A stretch of 61,078 bases of DNA from a virus. The stretch is taken from the IMG/VR virus record IMGVR_UViG_3300027718_000001, positions 1-61,078 of that record; one strand, 5' to 3'. The notes under the pieces are model-generated. The model did not search any database and was not told the origin of the DNA. It was given only the letters and a program-made list of their open reading frames with translations. The number at the start of each line of letters is the position of its first letter. Positions within the stretch are counted from its first letter, which is position 1. Shown one piece after another: positions 1-8,937 of the stretch. A program made the position numbers and the translations under genes.

Positions 1-127
1 CTGATAACAATTATGTTTATCAGGGTGAATGGTCAGGTGGAGGAAATCATAGGGGTTTATGGTTTTTTAATTCGGCTGATATTCGTGCTAAATTGGCAGG
101 AAAAACAATTAAAAGGGTTCGTTTATA
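1..127. repeat. Terminal overlap, identical to 60952-61078 (circular or circularly permuted molecule)
   Basis: Base-by-base comparison of ctgataacaattatgttt...gggttcgtttata at both ends of the window. Confidence 0.95.
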
Positions 128-413
128 TATTACTCGTCTTTCAAAAGGTGGGAGTAGTTCAGCCCAGAAGCCAACAATCTGGATGCATAGCTACGATTCA
201 CCACCTTCTGGTATGCCTTTATTAGCGGCTAGTTATACACCTAGTACGTCTTTTGCATGGGGTGATTCGGGTAAATGGGTTACACTTCCGAACAATTTTG
301 GCTCGGATCTTCAAAGTGGAGCTAGAAATGGAGTAGGTTTATTTAATTCTAATAGATCCCCTTATATGTTATTCAGTGCATCAGCAACGCTTGAAATTGT
401 AGCAGGATCATAA
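1..413 (+). CDS. 3-prime end of the tail fibre/Tal gene that starts at 57636 (continues across the circular junction)
   Basis: Same reading frame once the 60951 offset is applied. Peptide ...AKLAGKTIKRVRLY is shared by both window ends. Stop codon at 411-413. Confidence 0.8.
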   Translation, partial: DNNYVYQGEWSGGGNHRGLWFFNSADIRAKLAGKTIKRVRLYITRLSKGGSSSAQKPTIWMHSYDSPPSGMPLLAASYTPSTSFAWGDSGKWVTLPNNFGSDLQSGARNGVGLFNSNRSPYMLFSASATLEIVAGS

Positions 414-432
414 AAATTAGGAGGGAATTAAA

Positions 433-771
433 ATGAAATTAATTATTTTTAACAGTCAGAATCAAGTGTTAGATATTTTCTTAAGTAACAATATTGTGAT
501 TGATGGAGAAAACATCGAATTTGATAATAGTAAGATCTATGGCATGAGAGGAAATTATATTGTTGTCGATGATTCAGATACAGATGTTTCAATTGGTGAT
601 AAGATCCCAGAAGTTCTTAAGGAAAAGGATAAAAAACATTCTCTTACCAAGCAAAAGCAAGGTGAGGAATTAGAAGATGATGTGAATCAATTGAAGGAAG
701 AAACAGTGAATCAAATGCAGGCTATAGCCGATATTTACGAACTTCTTCTTGGTGAAGGGAGTGTTAAGTAA
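433..771 (+). CDS. Small protein downstream of the tail fibre, acidic coiled-coil C-terminus (XkdW-like position)
   Basis: SD aggaggg 7 nt upstream of the start; position between fibre and lysis genes. Confidence 0.55.
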   Translation: MKLIIFNSQNQVLDIFLSNNIVIDGENIEFDNSKIYGMRGNYIVVDDSDTDVSIGDKIPEVLKEKDKKHSLTKQKQGEELEDDVNQLKEETVNQMQAIADIYELLLGEGSVK

Positions 772-914
772 TGGTTATGATCTATGTATATCTAGTTGAA
801 AAAGGTGCTCGTATTATTGATCAAGTACCATCCACTTTACGTGAGGAAGTAAAACGTGTATTAGCTGAACGAGAGCAAGCTAGAACAGAAGAATCTATTT
901 CTTCAAATGAATAA
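771..914 (+). CDS. 47-aa protein (XkdX-like position), below the track length cutoff
   Basis: TAATG overlap with the previous ORF. Hand translation: MVMIYVYLVEKGARIIDQVPSTLREEVKRVLAEREQARTEESISSNE. Confidence 0.5.
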   Translation: MVMIYVYLVEKGARIIDQVPSTLREEVKRVLAEREQARTEESISSNE

Positions 915-950
915 AAGATAAATCTGCTCATAAATGAGGAGGTTTTTTTT

Positions 951-1271
951 ATGCGGATTTTCGTTGAAAGAGTTATTGATGGTGACACAGTTGTAGGAAA
1001 TTATCATAAAAAGATTCTGGACGTTGATGTAAGTTTCAGCGTCCATTTTCGTTTTCTAGGGATTGATGCACCAGAGAAAAAAGGAGAAACAAAGCCTTTA
1101 GGGTTAGCTTCAATGGCTTATCTTCAAGAACGAATAGAAGGTAAGAAAGTAAAGGTGAAGTTATCAGGCAAGGATAAATACGGCAGATGGCTTGCTACAG
1201 TCTTCTATGAAGGTGTAAATATCAATGATGAATTAGTTGAAAAAGGCTATGCCATATATAGAACCTATTAG
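951..1271 (+). CDS. Staphylococcal-nuclease-like thermonuclease
   Basis: Motifs VIDGDT, FLGIDAPE, DKYGRWLA and ELVEKGYA, typical of the SNase fold. Confidence 0.7.
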   Translation: MRIFVERVIDGDTVVGNYHKKILDVDVSFSVHFRFLGIDAPEKKGETKPLGLASMAYLQERIEGKKVKVKLSGKDKYGRWLATVFYEGVNINDELVEKGYAIYRTY

Positions 1272-1285
1272 GGGAAGGTGAACTT

Positions 1286-2590
1286 ATGCAAAGTCGTAAC
1301 AAACAAAACGTATTAGGTATAGATGTTTCGCATCATAATGGAAAAGTTGATTGGAGAAAAGTTGCTAAAGATGGCTATAAATTCGTCTATTTAAAGTTAA
1401 CGGAAGGTAAGAGCTATGTAGATAATACAACTTACAACAATTATATAGCAGCCAAAAATGCAGGGTTGCGTGTAGGTTTTTATCATTATGCACACGTAAC
1501 AAATGATCCAGTAGCCGAAGTTAATTATTTTCTTCAAAAGTTAGGAGATATGAAAGCGGATCTACCCCATTGTTTAGATTTAGAGGAAAACAAAGGGTTA
1601 TCAAAGGCGAAAGTATCAGCATTTGCTTTGAAATGGATGGAAACCCTGCAACAGAAAACAGGCATTACGCCTATTCTTTACACAGGTTATTCTTTTATGG
1701 GGAATTTCACTAACACTATGGCAAAGTATCCGTTATGGGTGGCACGTTATGCAGGAGGTTCTAAACGTGTACAGGGATTTACTACGCCTGGTTCTTCTAC
1801 GATTTGGAGAAGTTGGGCCATGTTTCAATTCACGGATTCAGGAAAAGTTAACGGCATAAAAGGAAACGTTGATATTAATGAAATGGATCTTACTTTCTTT
1901 AAATCAATTGATTCAGGTATAAACCTTGTCGGGGATGCAAACCCACCTTCTTTATTACAAGCAGGTGATAGTGGGCTTGCAGTAAAAGAATTGCAACAGA
2001 ACCTAATGAAGTTAGGTGAAAAGCTCCCTAAATATAAGGATGATGGAAGTTATGGAGTTGAAACAGTTCAAGCGGTAAAAGCGTTTCAGGCTCGTAACAG
2101 TTTAACCGTTGATGGGAAAGCAGGATCTAAAACATTAGCTATAGTTGCTGACAAAATTAATGAATTGAATAAACCTAAAGAAGAGGATCTCCCCAAAGTA
2201 ACATCTTTAGGCGATAAATATTCGTTTCAAGTAAGAGCAAAAAAAGATATTGGTGTATACAAATATTCTAATTTAGCGGTGAACCAAAGAATTCTTAAGA
2301 AGGACACCGTTTTTTCTGTTTATGGTTATACAACAGGCGTGAAGGGGTTTGCCGTGCCTGATGGATTTGTACAGGCAAAAGATGTTGATACGTTACCTAG
2401 AACAATCCGGACAGGTGGATTAAATCAAAAGATGGAAAATGAGTTTCGGATTTTCTTAAAAAATGAGGGCATTGACAATGAGCTTCATGTATATGCCGTA
2501 GGTAATCCATCGGCAGAAATTACGGTAGCAGGTCTTGACCTAGTTAAAGTTATGAAGTTCTTAGATGAAAACAAATGGTGGTATAAATAG
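1286..2590 (+). CDS. Endolysin: GH25 muramidase + PG_binding_1 + C-terminal SH3-like region
   Basis: N-terminus GIDVSHHNGKVDW...YLKLTEG (GH25). Central LQAGDSGLAVKELQ...VDGKAGSKTL (peptidoglycan-binding repeat). Confidence 0.85.
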   Translation: MQSRNKQNVLGIDVSHHNGKVDWRKVAKDGYKFVYLKLTEGKSYVDNTTYNNYIAAKNAGLRVGFYHYAHVTNDPVAEVNYFLQKLGDMKADLPHCLDLEENKGLSKAKVSAFALKWMETLQQKTGITPILYTGYSFMGNFTNTMAKYPLWVARYAGGSKRVQGFTTPGSSTIWRSWAMFQFTDSGKVNGIKGNVDINEMDLTFFKSIDSGINLVGDANPPSLLQAGDSGLAVKELQQNLMKLGEKLPKYKDDGSYGVETVQAVKAFQARNSLTVDGKAGSKTLAIVADKINELNKPKEEDLPKVTSLGDKYSFQVRAKKDIGVYKYSNLAVNQRILKKDTVFSVYGYTTGVKGFAVPDGFVQAKDVDTLPRTIRTGGLNQKMENEFRIFLKNEGIDNELHVYAVGNPSAEITVAGLDLVKVMKFLDENKWWYK

Positions 2591-2600
2591 GAGGGGTATA

Positions 2601-2909
2601 GTGGACATTAAAAAAATTAACTGGAAAGTACGTTTTAGAAATTCAGTATGGGTTAGTGGTTTTATCTCACAAACCCTAATCTTAATTCAAGCTATCATTG
2701 TTGGTCTATCAGGGTTAGGAGCTATGCATGTTGATCTTAAACATGTTGATGATTGGATGAAATGGCTTCTGGCAATCCTCAATTTAGTGTTAGCTTATCT
2801 ATCTTATTTAGGTATTGTAATAGATCCATCTGTTGAAGGTGTAGGGGATTCTGACCGTGTATTAAGAAGGGAAGAACCTTTACCAGAAGAATATAAGAAT
2901 AGAATGTAA
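2601..2909 (+). CDS. Holin (phi-LC3/phage_holin_1-like)
   Basis: GTG start 6 nt after aggagg. Peptide INWKVRFRNSVWVSGFISQTLILIQ and two or three TM segments. Adjacent to the endolysin. Confidence 0.7.
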   Translation: MDIKKINWKVRFRNSVWVSGFISQTLILIQAIIVGLSGLGAMHVDLKHVDDWMKWLLAILNLVLAYLSYLGIVIDPSVEGVGDSDRVLRREEPLPEEYKNRM

Positions 2910-2915
2910 ACGGCA

Positions 2916-2956
2916 AAAAGGGAAGCGCTCAAATGAATGAGTGCTTCCCTTTTTTA
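2916..2956 (+). terminator. Rho-independent terminator after the lysis cassette
   Basis: Stem gggaagcgctc/gagtgcttccc followed by a T run. Confidence 0.8.
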
Positions 2957-3461
2957 ATGCCAGCGATAAAAAGGTTTTCCTTACAGGAAGATTCCAAATG
3001 TGTCAAAGAAGAATTGTCTTAATTATTTTAACCTAGAGGTTATAGAAAAAAAATAGCTTTAAGGAAAGTGTGCACATTTAGCGCATATTCTCCGCATGTG
3101 AATTCAGTTTTTTCTTTTGATCAAATGGGAAGTTAAAAACCATAGGCAGTTTGGAGCCTAGACTCACAGTTGTCATGATGGTTTTTTCCTCCGATTTTCT
3201 TTGAATTCATGTAATGAATAGGTTGTGTAAGGAGGTATCCTTATATCTCCAAATAATAGCAGGGGTCAATTCCCTGCTTTATTTGGTCATATAGGGATAT
3301 TTTTTTAGGGAAAAAATGTCTTGTATGCACTAAAAAAGTTTTAGTATTCCTATAGGTATATATTACAGTTTTCAACTTGAATATTCCAAAACTTCACATA
3401 AGGTTATATAATTGGATAATAAGTTTACATATAGAAAAATTTTTAGGAGGGTTTTACTGTT

Positions 3462-3983
3462 ATGTTGGTATTGAATGCACATTATGGAGAGAGAAAATTA
3501 GAGATAAAATTAGATAATAACAATGTGGATCATCAAGCATCTATTATAACTTCAATTATGAATCAGTTATTTTTTGAAAGACCAGAAGTGAAATTAGAGG
3601 TAACGGAAAAAGAAGATTCTAAGATAGTTCAGTATAAAGAAGGTTATGAAGCTTTAAAAACAGATCAAACAGGATTACATCACCCAAAATCAGAGTTTAA
3701 AACAGCACAGATCAAAGGAAAGCTAGGTGTTAAAGAAAAAGGTGGAGAAAAATTATACCAAACATTCTACCGATGTACTCAGTGCAGTCATACAGGAAAG
3801 CATTTCTTACCTAAAGGGAGAGTTTATTGTACCTGTCATGATTGCGGTAAAAGAATGAATATAAGAGAAGCAGCGGTAAAAGGATTTCCTCACCAAGATG
3901 AATTTGGGAATTATTATATTGCAGGGGATTATAAAAAAACGTTATTTGATAAGGAACAGGAAGAGAAGTTACAACGTGCATGA
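3462..3983 (+). CDS. Hypothetical protein with a C-terminal CxxC...CxxC zinc ribbon
   Basis: SD aggaggg; peptide CTQCSHTGKHFLPKGRVYCTCHDCGK. Confidence 0.6.
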   Translation: MLVLNAHYGERKLEIKLDNNNVDHQASIITSIMNQLFFERPEVKLEVTEKEDSKIVQYKEGYEALKTDQTGLHHPKSEFKTAQIKGKLGVKEKGGEKLYQTFYRCTQCSHTGKHFLPKGRVYCTCHDCGKRMNIREAAVKGFPHQDEFGNYYIAGDYKKTLFDKEQEEKLQRA

Positions 3984-4210
3984 AGTGAATGTGCAAAGAT
4001 AGTGTAGTTATTGACCCATTTCAACTTTTAACAAATAGATCTTGTTATAATAAAGGCACAGATCATAGTTGATCTTATCTGTTGCTACTTTTTTGTTTAG
4101 TTGCCGTGGGTTACGTTGTACGGATTTTTAAGGTCGTGTCAAATTCTTCCTAAGAAAGCTCTGGGATCGGAAACCAGAGCTTTTTCTCTTTGCCTTTATA
4201 ATGAAGAAAC

Positions 4211-4254
4211 TTGCATATTATATTCTTTTAAAGGTAAAATAAGAACAGATGTTC
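4211..4254 (+). promoter_or_regulatory. SigA-like promoter (TTGCAT-18-TAAAAT) with a Cheo/LexA box GAACAGATGTTC at 4243-4254
   Basis: GAAC-N4-GTTC palindrome 20 nt upstream of the YolD-like start. Confidence 0.6.
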
Positions 4255-4273
4255 TCTAAAGGAGGGAATAATT

Positions 4274-4645
4274 TTGAATCCAGATGTTTTAAGGCAAGCT
4301 AAAGAAGGAAAGATTAGTGACAGGGGCATGGTTAAGTGGGAACCTTTTAGATCAATCCCTGAACAATGGGCGGGATTAAATAGGGTTATAGATGATCTAG
4401 ATAAGATGGAGAAACCTATTTTATCAGAAGATCAAATTCATGATATTAATGAAGTTTTAGGTGAAGCCCTTCAAAGTGAAAAAGATGTATATCTTACCTA
4501 TTATAAAAGAGGTCGATGTATAACAGAAAAATGTAAAATCCACTCAGTAAATCCTCATAGAAAAATTCTCTTCTATATAGATGATGTATTTGAATTTAAA
4601 AATGAGTTACCATTAAGTGAAGTATTAGACATTAGGTTTGTATAG
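4274..4645 (+). CDS. YolD-like protein (normally the partner of a Y-family polymerase, which is absent here)
   Basis: RGMVKWEPFRSIPE...KPILSEDQ...YLTYY pattern of the YolD family; TTG start after aaggaggg. Confidence 0.6.
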   Translation: MNPDVLRQAKEGKISDRGMVKWEPFRSIPEQWAGLNRVIDDLDKMEKPILSEDQIHDINEVLGEALQSEKDVYLTYYKRGRCITEKCKIHSVNPHRKILFYIDDVFEFKNELPLSEVLDIRFV

Positions 4646-4660
4646 AAGGAGCTGTATAAA

Positions 4661-4930
4661 ATGAGCGTTTTTAAAATTGATAGGTCTGTTGTGATAGAAG
4701 AAAAAGCCATGAGACATAGAAAAGATGAACTTTATAAGTTAGTTAATGAAATAATGGATCAAAAGGATCTGGAAACATTAATGATTTCTACCTTATCAAA
4801 AATCGCTTTCATCGATTATATGTTGGGGCTAGACGTTATGGAAAACAAACGTCTTGAATCAATGATTAATGTAGTTAATAGCAATCGTAATACAAACCAT
4901 GAATTACACGACTTCTATATCCGTTTCTAA
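4661..4930 (+). CDS. Hypothetical protein
   Basis: ORF with SD aaggag. Confidence 0.5.
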   Translation: MSVFKIDRSVVIEEKAMRHRKDELYKLVNEIMDQKDLETLMISTLSKIAFIDYMLGLDVMENKRLESMINVVNSNRNTNHELHDFYIRF

Positions 4931-5129
4931 TTTTCTCTTTAAGTTGATATGTAAATGCTAAAGTATTAATAATATATTTATGGTTATACCATCTACACAA
5001 AGTGTAGACAAATATGATATTTTTCTACAATGTATGTAAATGATACAACATAAATCAAGAAGTATGTTTTAATTGTTACTCAACGTGTATAGTATAGCTA
5101 TGAATTTAATTTAAGGCGGTGGTATTGAT

Positions 5130-5387
5130 ATGTTTATGCTATCTAAAACAGATGATGTAGTAAAAGTAGAAATTACAACTAGCACTGGTCAAAAGTATGT
5201 ACTTACAGATGATGAAGGGATAAGAGAATTTAATGATCAGTTAAAAGATATACGGTCTGGTGATGATGATGATAAGTTTATAAATTTTTACCCAGATGAA
5301 GTTGATGTAGCGCATGGAGTTTTTGAAGATGTCTTTTTACATGTTGATCATTTAGTAGAAGTAAAGTTTCTTAGAGAGTTAGGTTAA
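5130..5387 (+). CDS. Hypothetical acidic protein
   Basis: ORF followed by the terminator gaaggggaaacccttcttttttt. Confidence 0.5.
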   Translation: MFMLSKTDDVVKVEITTSTGQKYVLTDDEGIREFNDQLKDIRSGDDDDKFINFYPDEVDVAHGVFEDVFLHVDHLVEVKFLRELG

Positions 5388-5537
5388 TGAGAAGGGGAAA
5401 CCCTTCTTTTTTTGTTGCCTTTTGAATTCATAGATTTAACATTTGCAGATTAGAAGTTATAAATTGGTGATAAAGAATATATATACAAACCTTTCTATAT
5501 AATGTTTGTAAATTTTAAATCATATGGGGGCTATTAA

Positions 5538-6221
5538 ATGAAGAAAGTTTCAAAGGTCTTATTTTCTGTTTTATTAATTGGTGGGATCTTAGCAGGTTGC
5601 AGTTCTAATGAACAAAGTAGTGCGCCAGAAGAAAAACAAGAAGATCCTAAACCATCTAATCAGAAATCTAAGAATGAACCGAGAAAAGATGAAAACGGTA
5701 ACTATGTCCTTGAAGAAGTTGGTCAAGTGGCTAAAGATGACCAGGGGACAGCAGAATTATTGAAGATCAAAAAAGTGAATGAAACGGTGGATATTAACCC
5801 GATTAAGGTTACTATTAAAAATATAAAATTGATCAAATTAACAAACATGCAGCAGTACATGGCAGATGATATTTCTACTAATCTAGGCAGGAAAATAGAT
5901 CCTAAAAAGGGCTTAACCTATGTTCAGATTCAATATACAGCAGAGAACACAAGTGATAAGAATATTGGTTGGTACGACATTCTAAATATCGTTACAGATA
6001 AAGGTGAACAGATTGATGCACAACCTCATGATTTCATCTATGATGATGCAGATTCTAATGATGAATTCATTGGTAAGGTGAAGAAAGATTATACCGATGG
6101 CTATGTTTTAAAAGATGGAGATATTAATAAGCTAAAAATCATCTTTGGTTATAGTGAAGATCGAAACGATAATTATAATGAACTTACTGGTGAACAAACG
6201 GTAGAGTATGAATTAAATTAA
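5538..6221 (+). CDS. Lipoprotein (possible surface or superinfection-exclusion function)
   Basis: Signal peptide ending in the lipobox LAGCSS; terminator follows. Confidence 0.65.
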   Translation: MKKVSKVLFSVLLIGGILAGCSSNEQSSAPEEKQEDPKPSNQKSKNEPRKDENGNYVLEEVGQVAKDDQGTAELLKIKKVNETVDINPIKVTIKNIKLIKLTNMQQYMADDISTNLGRKIDPKKGLTYVQIQYTAENTSDKNIGWYDILNIVTDKGEQIDAQPHDFIYDDADSNDEFIGKVKKDYTDGYVLKDGDINKLKIIFGYSEDRNDNYNELTGEQTVEYELN

Positions 6222-6377
6222 GGTGAAGGAGGGGTGGAATAACCTCTCTTTTTTAATGCTAAAAAAAATTAAAAAATTATCAAAAAGACTATTTACCGGC
6301 TAAGAAAATGCCTGTACTATAAGAATATAAGGAAGAGGAAATAATTACCAAATACAAATTAATCGGAGGAAATGAAA

Positions 6378-6815
6378 ATGAAAAAATTTAACGCTGTGAA
6401 TAAAAGAAATGGAAAAGAATTTGTTGTAACTATGATGGAAGATAAAGCAATCACTTTAGATGTTGTAAAGAATGTTGAGAAAGAAGTTTCACTAGCTACT
6501 ATTAAACGTTGGTTTGAATTAGGTGAAGAAATCGTAGAAGTGAAGAAAGAAAAGAAAGCTCCTAAGAAAGCTAAAATGAATGAAGAAGAAAAAATTCAAA
6601 AGGCTCAACGCCCAGCAGATGAAAGAGCAACTAAGAAAGATGGATCTAAACGTAAAGATGATTTCAGACCAAAATTAGATGTAGATCAAGTTCTTGAAAT
6701 TCGTGCTAAATTCCGTGAAGGTGTTAAAAAGTCTCATTTGGCTAAAGAATATGGTGTAAGCTTCAGAACAATTACTTGTATTGTTGAATATATCATGTGG
6801 AAACATGTTGCTTAA
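6378..6815 (+). CDS. Lys-rich protein with a C-terminal HTH-like segment
   Basis: KSHLAKEYGVSFRTITCIV. The second ATG (6378) is better spaced from ggagga than 6372. Confidence 0.5.
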   Translation: MKKFNAVNKRNGKEFVVTMMEDKAITLDVVKNVEKEVSLATIKRWFELGEEIVEVKKEKKAPKKAKMNEEEKIQKAQRPADERATKKDGSKRKDDFRPKLDVDQVLEIRAKFREGVKKSHLAKEYGVSFRTITCIVEYIMWKHVA

Positions 6816-6891
6816 TATGGAGGTTCTAAACCTCCCTATTATAATCAATTACACAATAAGAAAATTTTTACCATATTTTTTTAACTTTAAC

Positions 6892-6948
6892 TTTACTTAG
6901 TGTGAAGTTTATTGTAAGATATTACTATAGAAGTTCACAAGATGTAAA
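6892..6948 (+). promoter_or_regulatory. Two operator-like palindromes: TTTACTtagTGTGAA (6892-6906) and TTCACAagaTGTAAA (6934-6948)
   Basis: Members of the TTYACA-N3-TGTRAA family, upstream of ORF 6981. Confidence 0.5.
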
Positions 6949-6980
6949 CTTCTAAAAAATTAAAGGAGGAAGACAATATT

Positions 6981-7355
6981 ATGTTAGGTTCTAGAAAAAT
7001 TAAGGCGATTGAGTTTAAAGAAGGTTCATATCTAAGAGATAAGGATGTACACGGTTTAACAGGTGTTACAAGATATTCTCTTTGGTTCTGGGATCAAGTA
7101 AAAGATCACGTTGGCGAAGTGATCAAGGCTGAAATGAAAGAAAGAGTTAATTATACAAAAGACCTTTACTTAGTCTTATATACTACAAAAGATATAAAAG
7201 TTTGCTTGTATGGCGTTAATGCAGGATATGGTGGAGAAGGCCCACGAGGATCAGCACAGATCTTGAAAGAAGCAGGGTTTGATCCTAAAAAGGTTGAAAA
7301 GAATGTGTTTCATAAAAACATCTTCACTATGAGAAGAATGCCTAGAACATTGTAA
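6981..7355 (+). CDS. Hypothetical protein
   Basis: SD aaaggagg; ORF of 124 aa. Confidence 0.55.
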   Translation: MLGSRKIKAIEFKEGSYLRDKDVHGLTGVTRYSLWFWDQVKDHVGEVIKAEMKERVNYTKDLYLVLYTTKDIKVCLYGVNAGYGGEGPRGSAQILKEAGFDPKKVEKNVFHKNIFTMRRMPRTL

Positions 7356-7382
7356 GAGAGGGGCTGAAAAGCCCTTCTATAT

Positions 7383-7454
7383 ATGAATATAAATGTGAAC
7401 GTATAGATGAATATGAATATACACATGCAGGTGAACATGCATGTAAATATGGAG
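7383..7454. repeat. RTNNAN hexamer-periodic tract A (12 hexamers)
   Basis: atgaat ataaat gtgaac gtatag atgaat atgaat atacac atgcag gtgaac atgcat gtaaat atggag. T at position 2 in 12/12, A at position 5 in 12/12. Confidence 0.8.
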
Positions 7455-7463
7455 GGAAAAACA

Positions 7464-7703
7464 ATGAGTGAAAAGTCAATTATCAAGATGGAAGATCATA
7501 TAGGGATGCTTAATTTTTATAACGTTAGATATTTAAGAAGAACGAAAAAAGCTTTCTTTTTCATCGGTAAATGTCTTGTAACTGATGCTCTTGTAAGAAT
7601 TCGGGTTGAAAGAGATTCATTAGATACTTATTGGATCTATGAAGGTGAATCAGCTTATATGTACAGATATGAAGCGACTCTTCCAGAGAAGGTAACAGCA
7701 TAA
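7464..7703 (+). CDS. Hypothetical protein (start moved to MSEKS)
   Basis: SD ggaggg 7 nt upstream of 7464. The upstream part of track ORF 7407 is tract A. Confidence 0.55.
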   Translation: MSEKSIIKMEDHIGMLNFYNVRYLRRTKKAFFFIGKCLVTDALVRIRVERDSLDTYWIYEGESAYMYRYEATLPEKVTA

Positions 7704-7840
7704 TGTTTCTAGTTCATTTATGTGAGCCCTGTAATGTTGAGGAAATGACAACTGAAATAGAAGTAAAGCATAAGTGTCCTAAGTGTGGTTGTTTAACAGA
7801 AGATAGATGGATCGATGAAGAGAAGGAGATGGACTTATGA
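7703..7840 (+). CDS. 45-aa zinc-ribbon protein, below the track cutoff
   Basis: TAATG-coupled. Hand translation: MFLVHLCEPCNVEEMTTEIEVKHKCPKCGCLTEDRWIDEEKEMDL. Confidence 0.5.
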   Translation: MFLVHLCEPCNVEEMTTEIEVKHKCPKCGCLTEDRWIDEEKEMDL

Positions 7841-8364
7841 ATATTAACGGTACAGTAAATATTTCTATTAATGATTTTGATGAATTACGTGAAAAGGCTG
7901 AATGGTTGCAACAGTTAAGAGAAGAACTTTCTCAATGTTCTAATGTTGAATGTATCGAGGATGAAGAACACCCTCAACAGATTATTACTATTGATCGTGA
8001 CAGAGTAAAACAAGTTCTTATTGATTATGCTTTATATGGCACAATTCATGAAGAACTTTATGATGATGCAATTATCGTATTTGATAATGAAGAATTTGAA
8101 GGTTCAGATGAAATAGTAACTTGTCAGCATTGTTGTAAGAAATATCATGAAAAAGATGTGAACATGGTTGATTATGATCTAGATACTTGTATCCATTGTG
8201 AGAAAAAAGAATATGGTAATCCTAATGCCGGTTTTTATGAAAGAAAATTATTAGATGCTAATTATACACCAAAAGCTATTGAATCAATGATAGAAGCATA
8301 TGCAGATGCTAATGTGACTCGTGAAGATGTTTGTGAAGAAGAAGTAAATTCTTGGAGTTTATAA
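7837..8364 (+). CDS. Hypothetical Cys-rich protein
   Basis: CQHCCKKYH...CIHCEKK; ATGA-coupled to the previous ORF. Confidence 0.55.
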   Translation: MNINGTVNISINDFDELREKAEWLQQLREELSQCSNVECIEDEEHPQQIITIDRDRVKQVLIDYALYGTIHEELYDDAIIVFDNEEFEGSDEIVTCQHCCKKYHEKDVNMVDYDLDTCIHCEKKEYGNPNAGFYERKLLDANYTPKAIESMIEAYADANVTREDVCEEEVNSWSL

Positions 8365-8416
8365 GAGAAGGAGAGCATTAATGCTCTCTTTTTTTAAAAT
8401 ATAGGAGGGGTTTAGA

Positions 8417-8911
8417 ATGACTACACCAACTTGTCCTTATTGTGGAAGTATTGTTAATGTGCCTATTATGAAGGATGATCTGTCTTATTGTGAATTCTGC
8501 AATGATTATGTTCATTGTTCAGAAGATGGAAAGAGAAAGAGCCGTTATAATATTCGTGTGATGGATTATGAGTTTATGAGTATGGATCTTCCAGAACTAA
8601 AGGAGCTTCACCTTGTTAATCTGTTAGAATCTTTGAAAATAGCGAGAAAAGAAAGACAGAGTTATTTCGGTAATATGAGTGTCATTAAGAAAGCGGCTAC
8701 CCAGTCTGCAGAATTCAAAGAACACACGGTTACAGCTGGGAATGAATATGAAAGAGTTACTAAAAAGGTTCGTCAATTAGAAAATCTTATCTTAGATAGA
8801 ATGGGTTATATCCCTGCAAAGATTACTGATGAATTGATCATTAAAGTTCGTGAAAAGTGTGAAGATCCTAAGAATAAGACCATCATGAAAATAAAGAAAG
8901 TTGTGGTATAA
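8417..8911 (+). CDS. Hypothetical protein with an N-terminal zinc ribbon
   Basis: CPYCGS...CEFCNDYVHC; SD aggagggg. Confidence 0.55.
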   Translation: MTTPTCPYCGSIVNVPIMKDDLSYCEFCNDYVHCSEDGKRKSRYNIRVMDYEFMSMDLPELKELHLVNLLESLKIARKERQSYFGNMSVIKKAATQSAEFKEHTVTAGNEYERVTKKVRQLENLILDRMGYIPAKITDELIIKVREKCEDPKNKTIMKIKKVVV

Positions 8912-8937
8912 TTAGTGTACATTGTATTATGTTTTTC

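Noticed and set aside
13-225. Track ORF 13-225
   Set aside because: It is out of frame with, and fully inside, the tail-fibre reading frame that continues from 57636.
3088-3183. Possible 31-aa minus-strand ORF (MTTVSLGSKLPMVFNFPFDQKKKLNSHAENMR) after ggagg
   Set aside because: It is short with no recognisable features, and I cannot distinguish it from chance in an AT-rich spacer.
7407-7463. N-terminal extension MNMNIHMQVNMHVNMEGKT of track ORF 7407-7703
   Set aside because: It is hexamer tract A read in frame. There is no SD before 7407, whereas ggaggg precedes the ATG at 7464. The equivalent reading frames in the other tracts contain stop codons.
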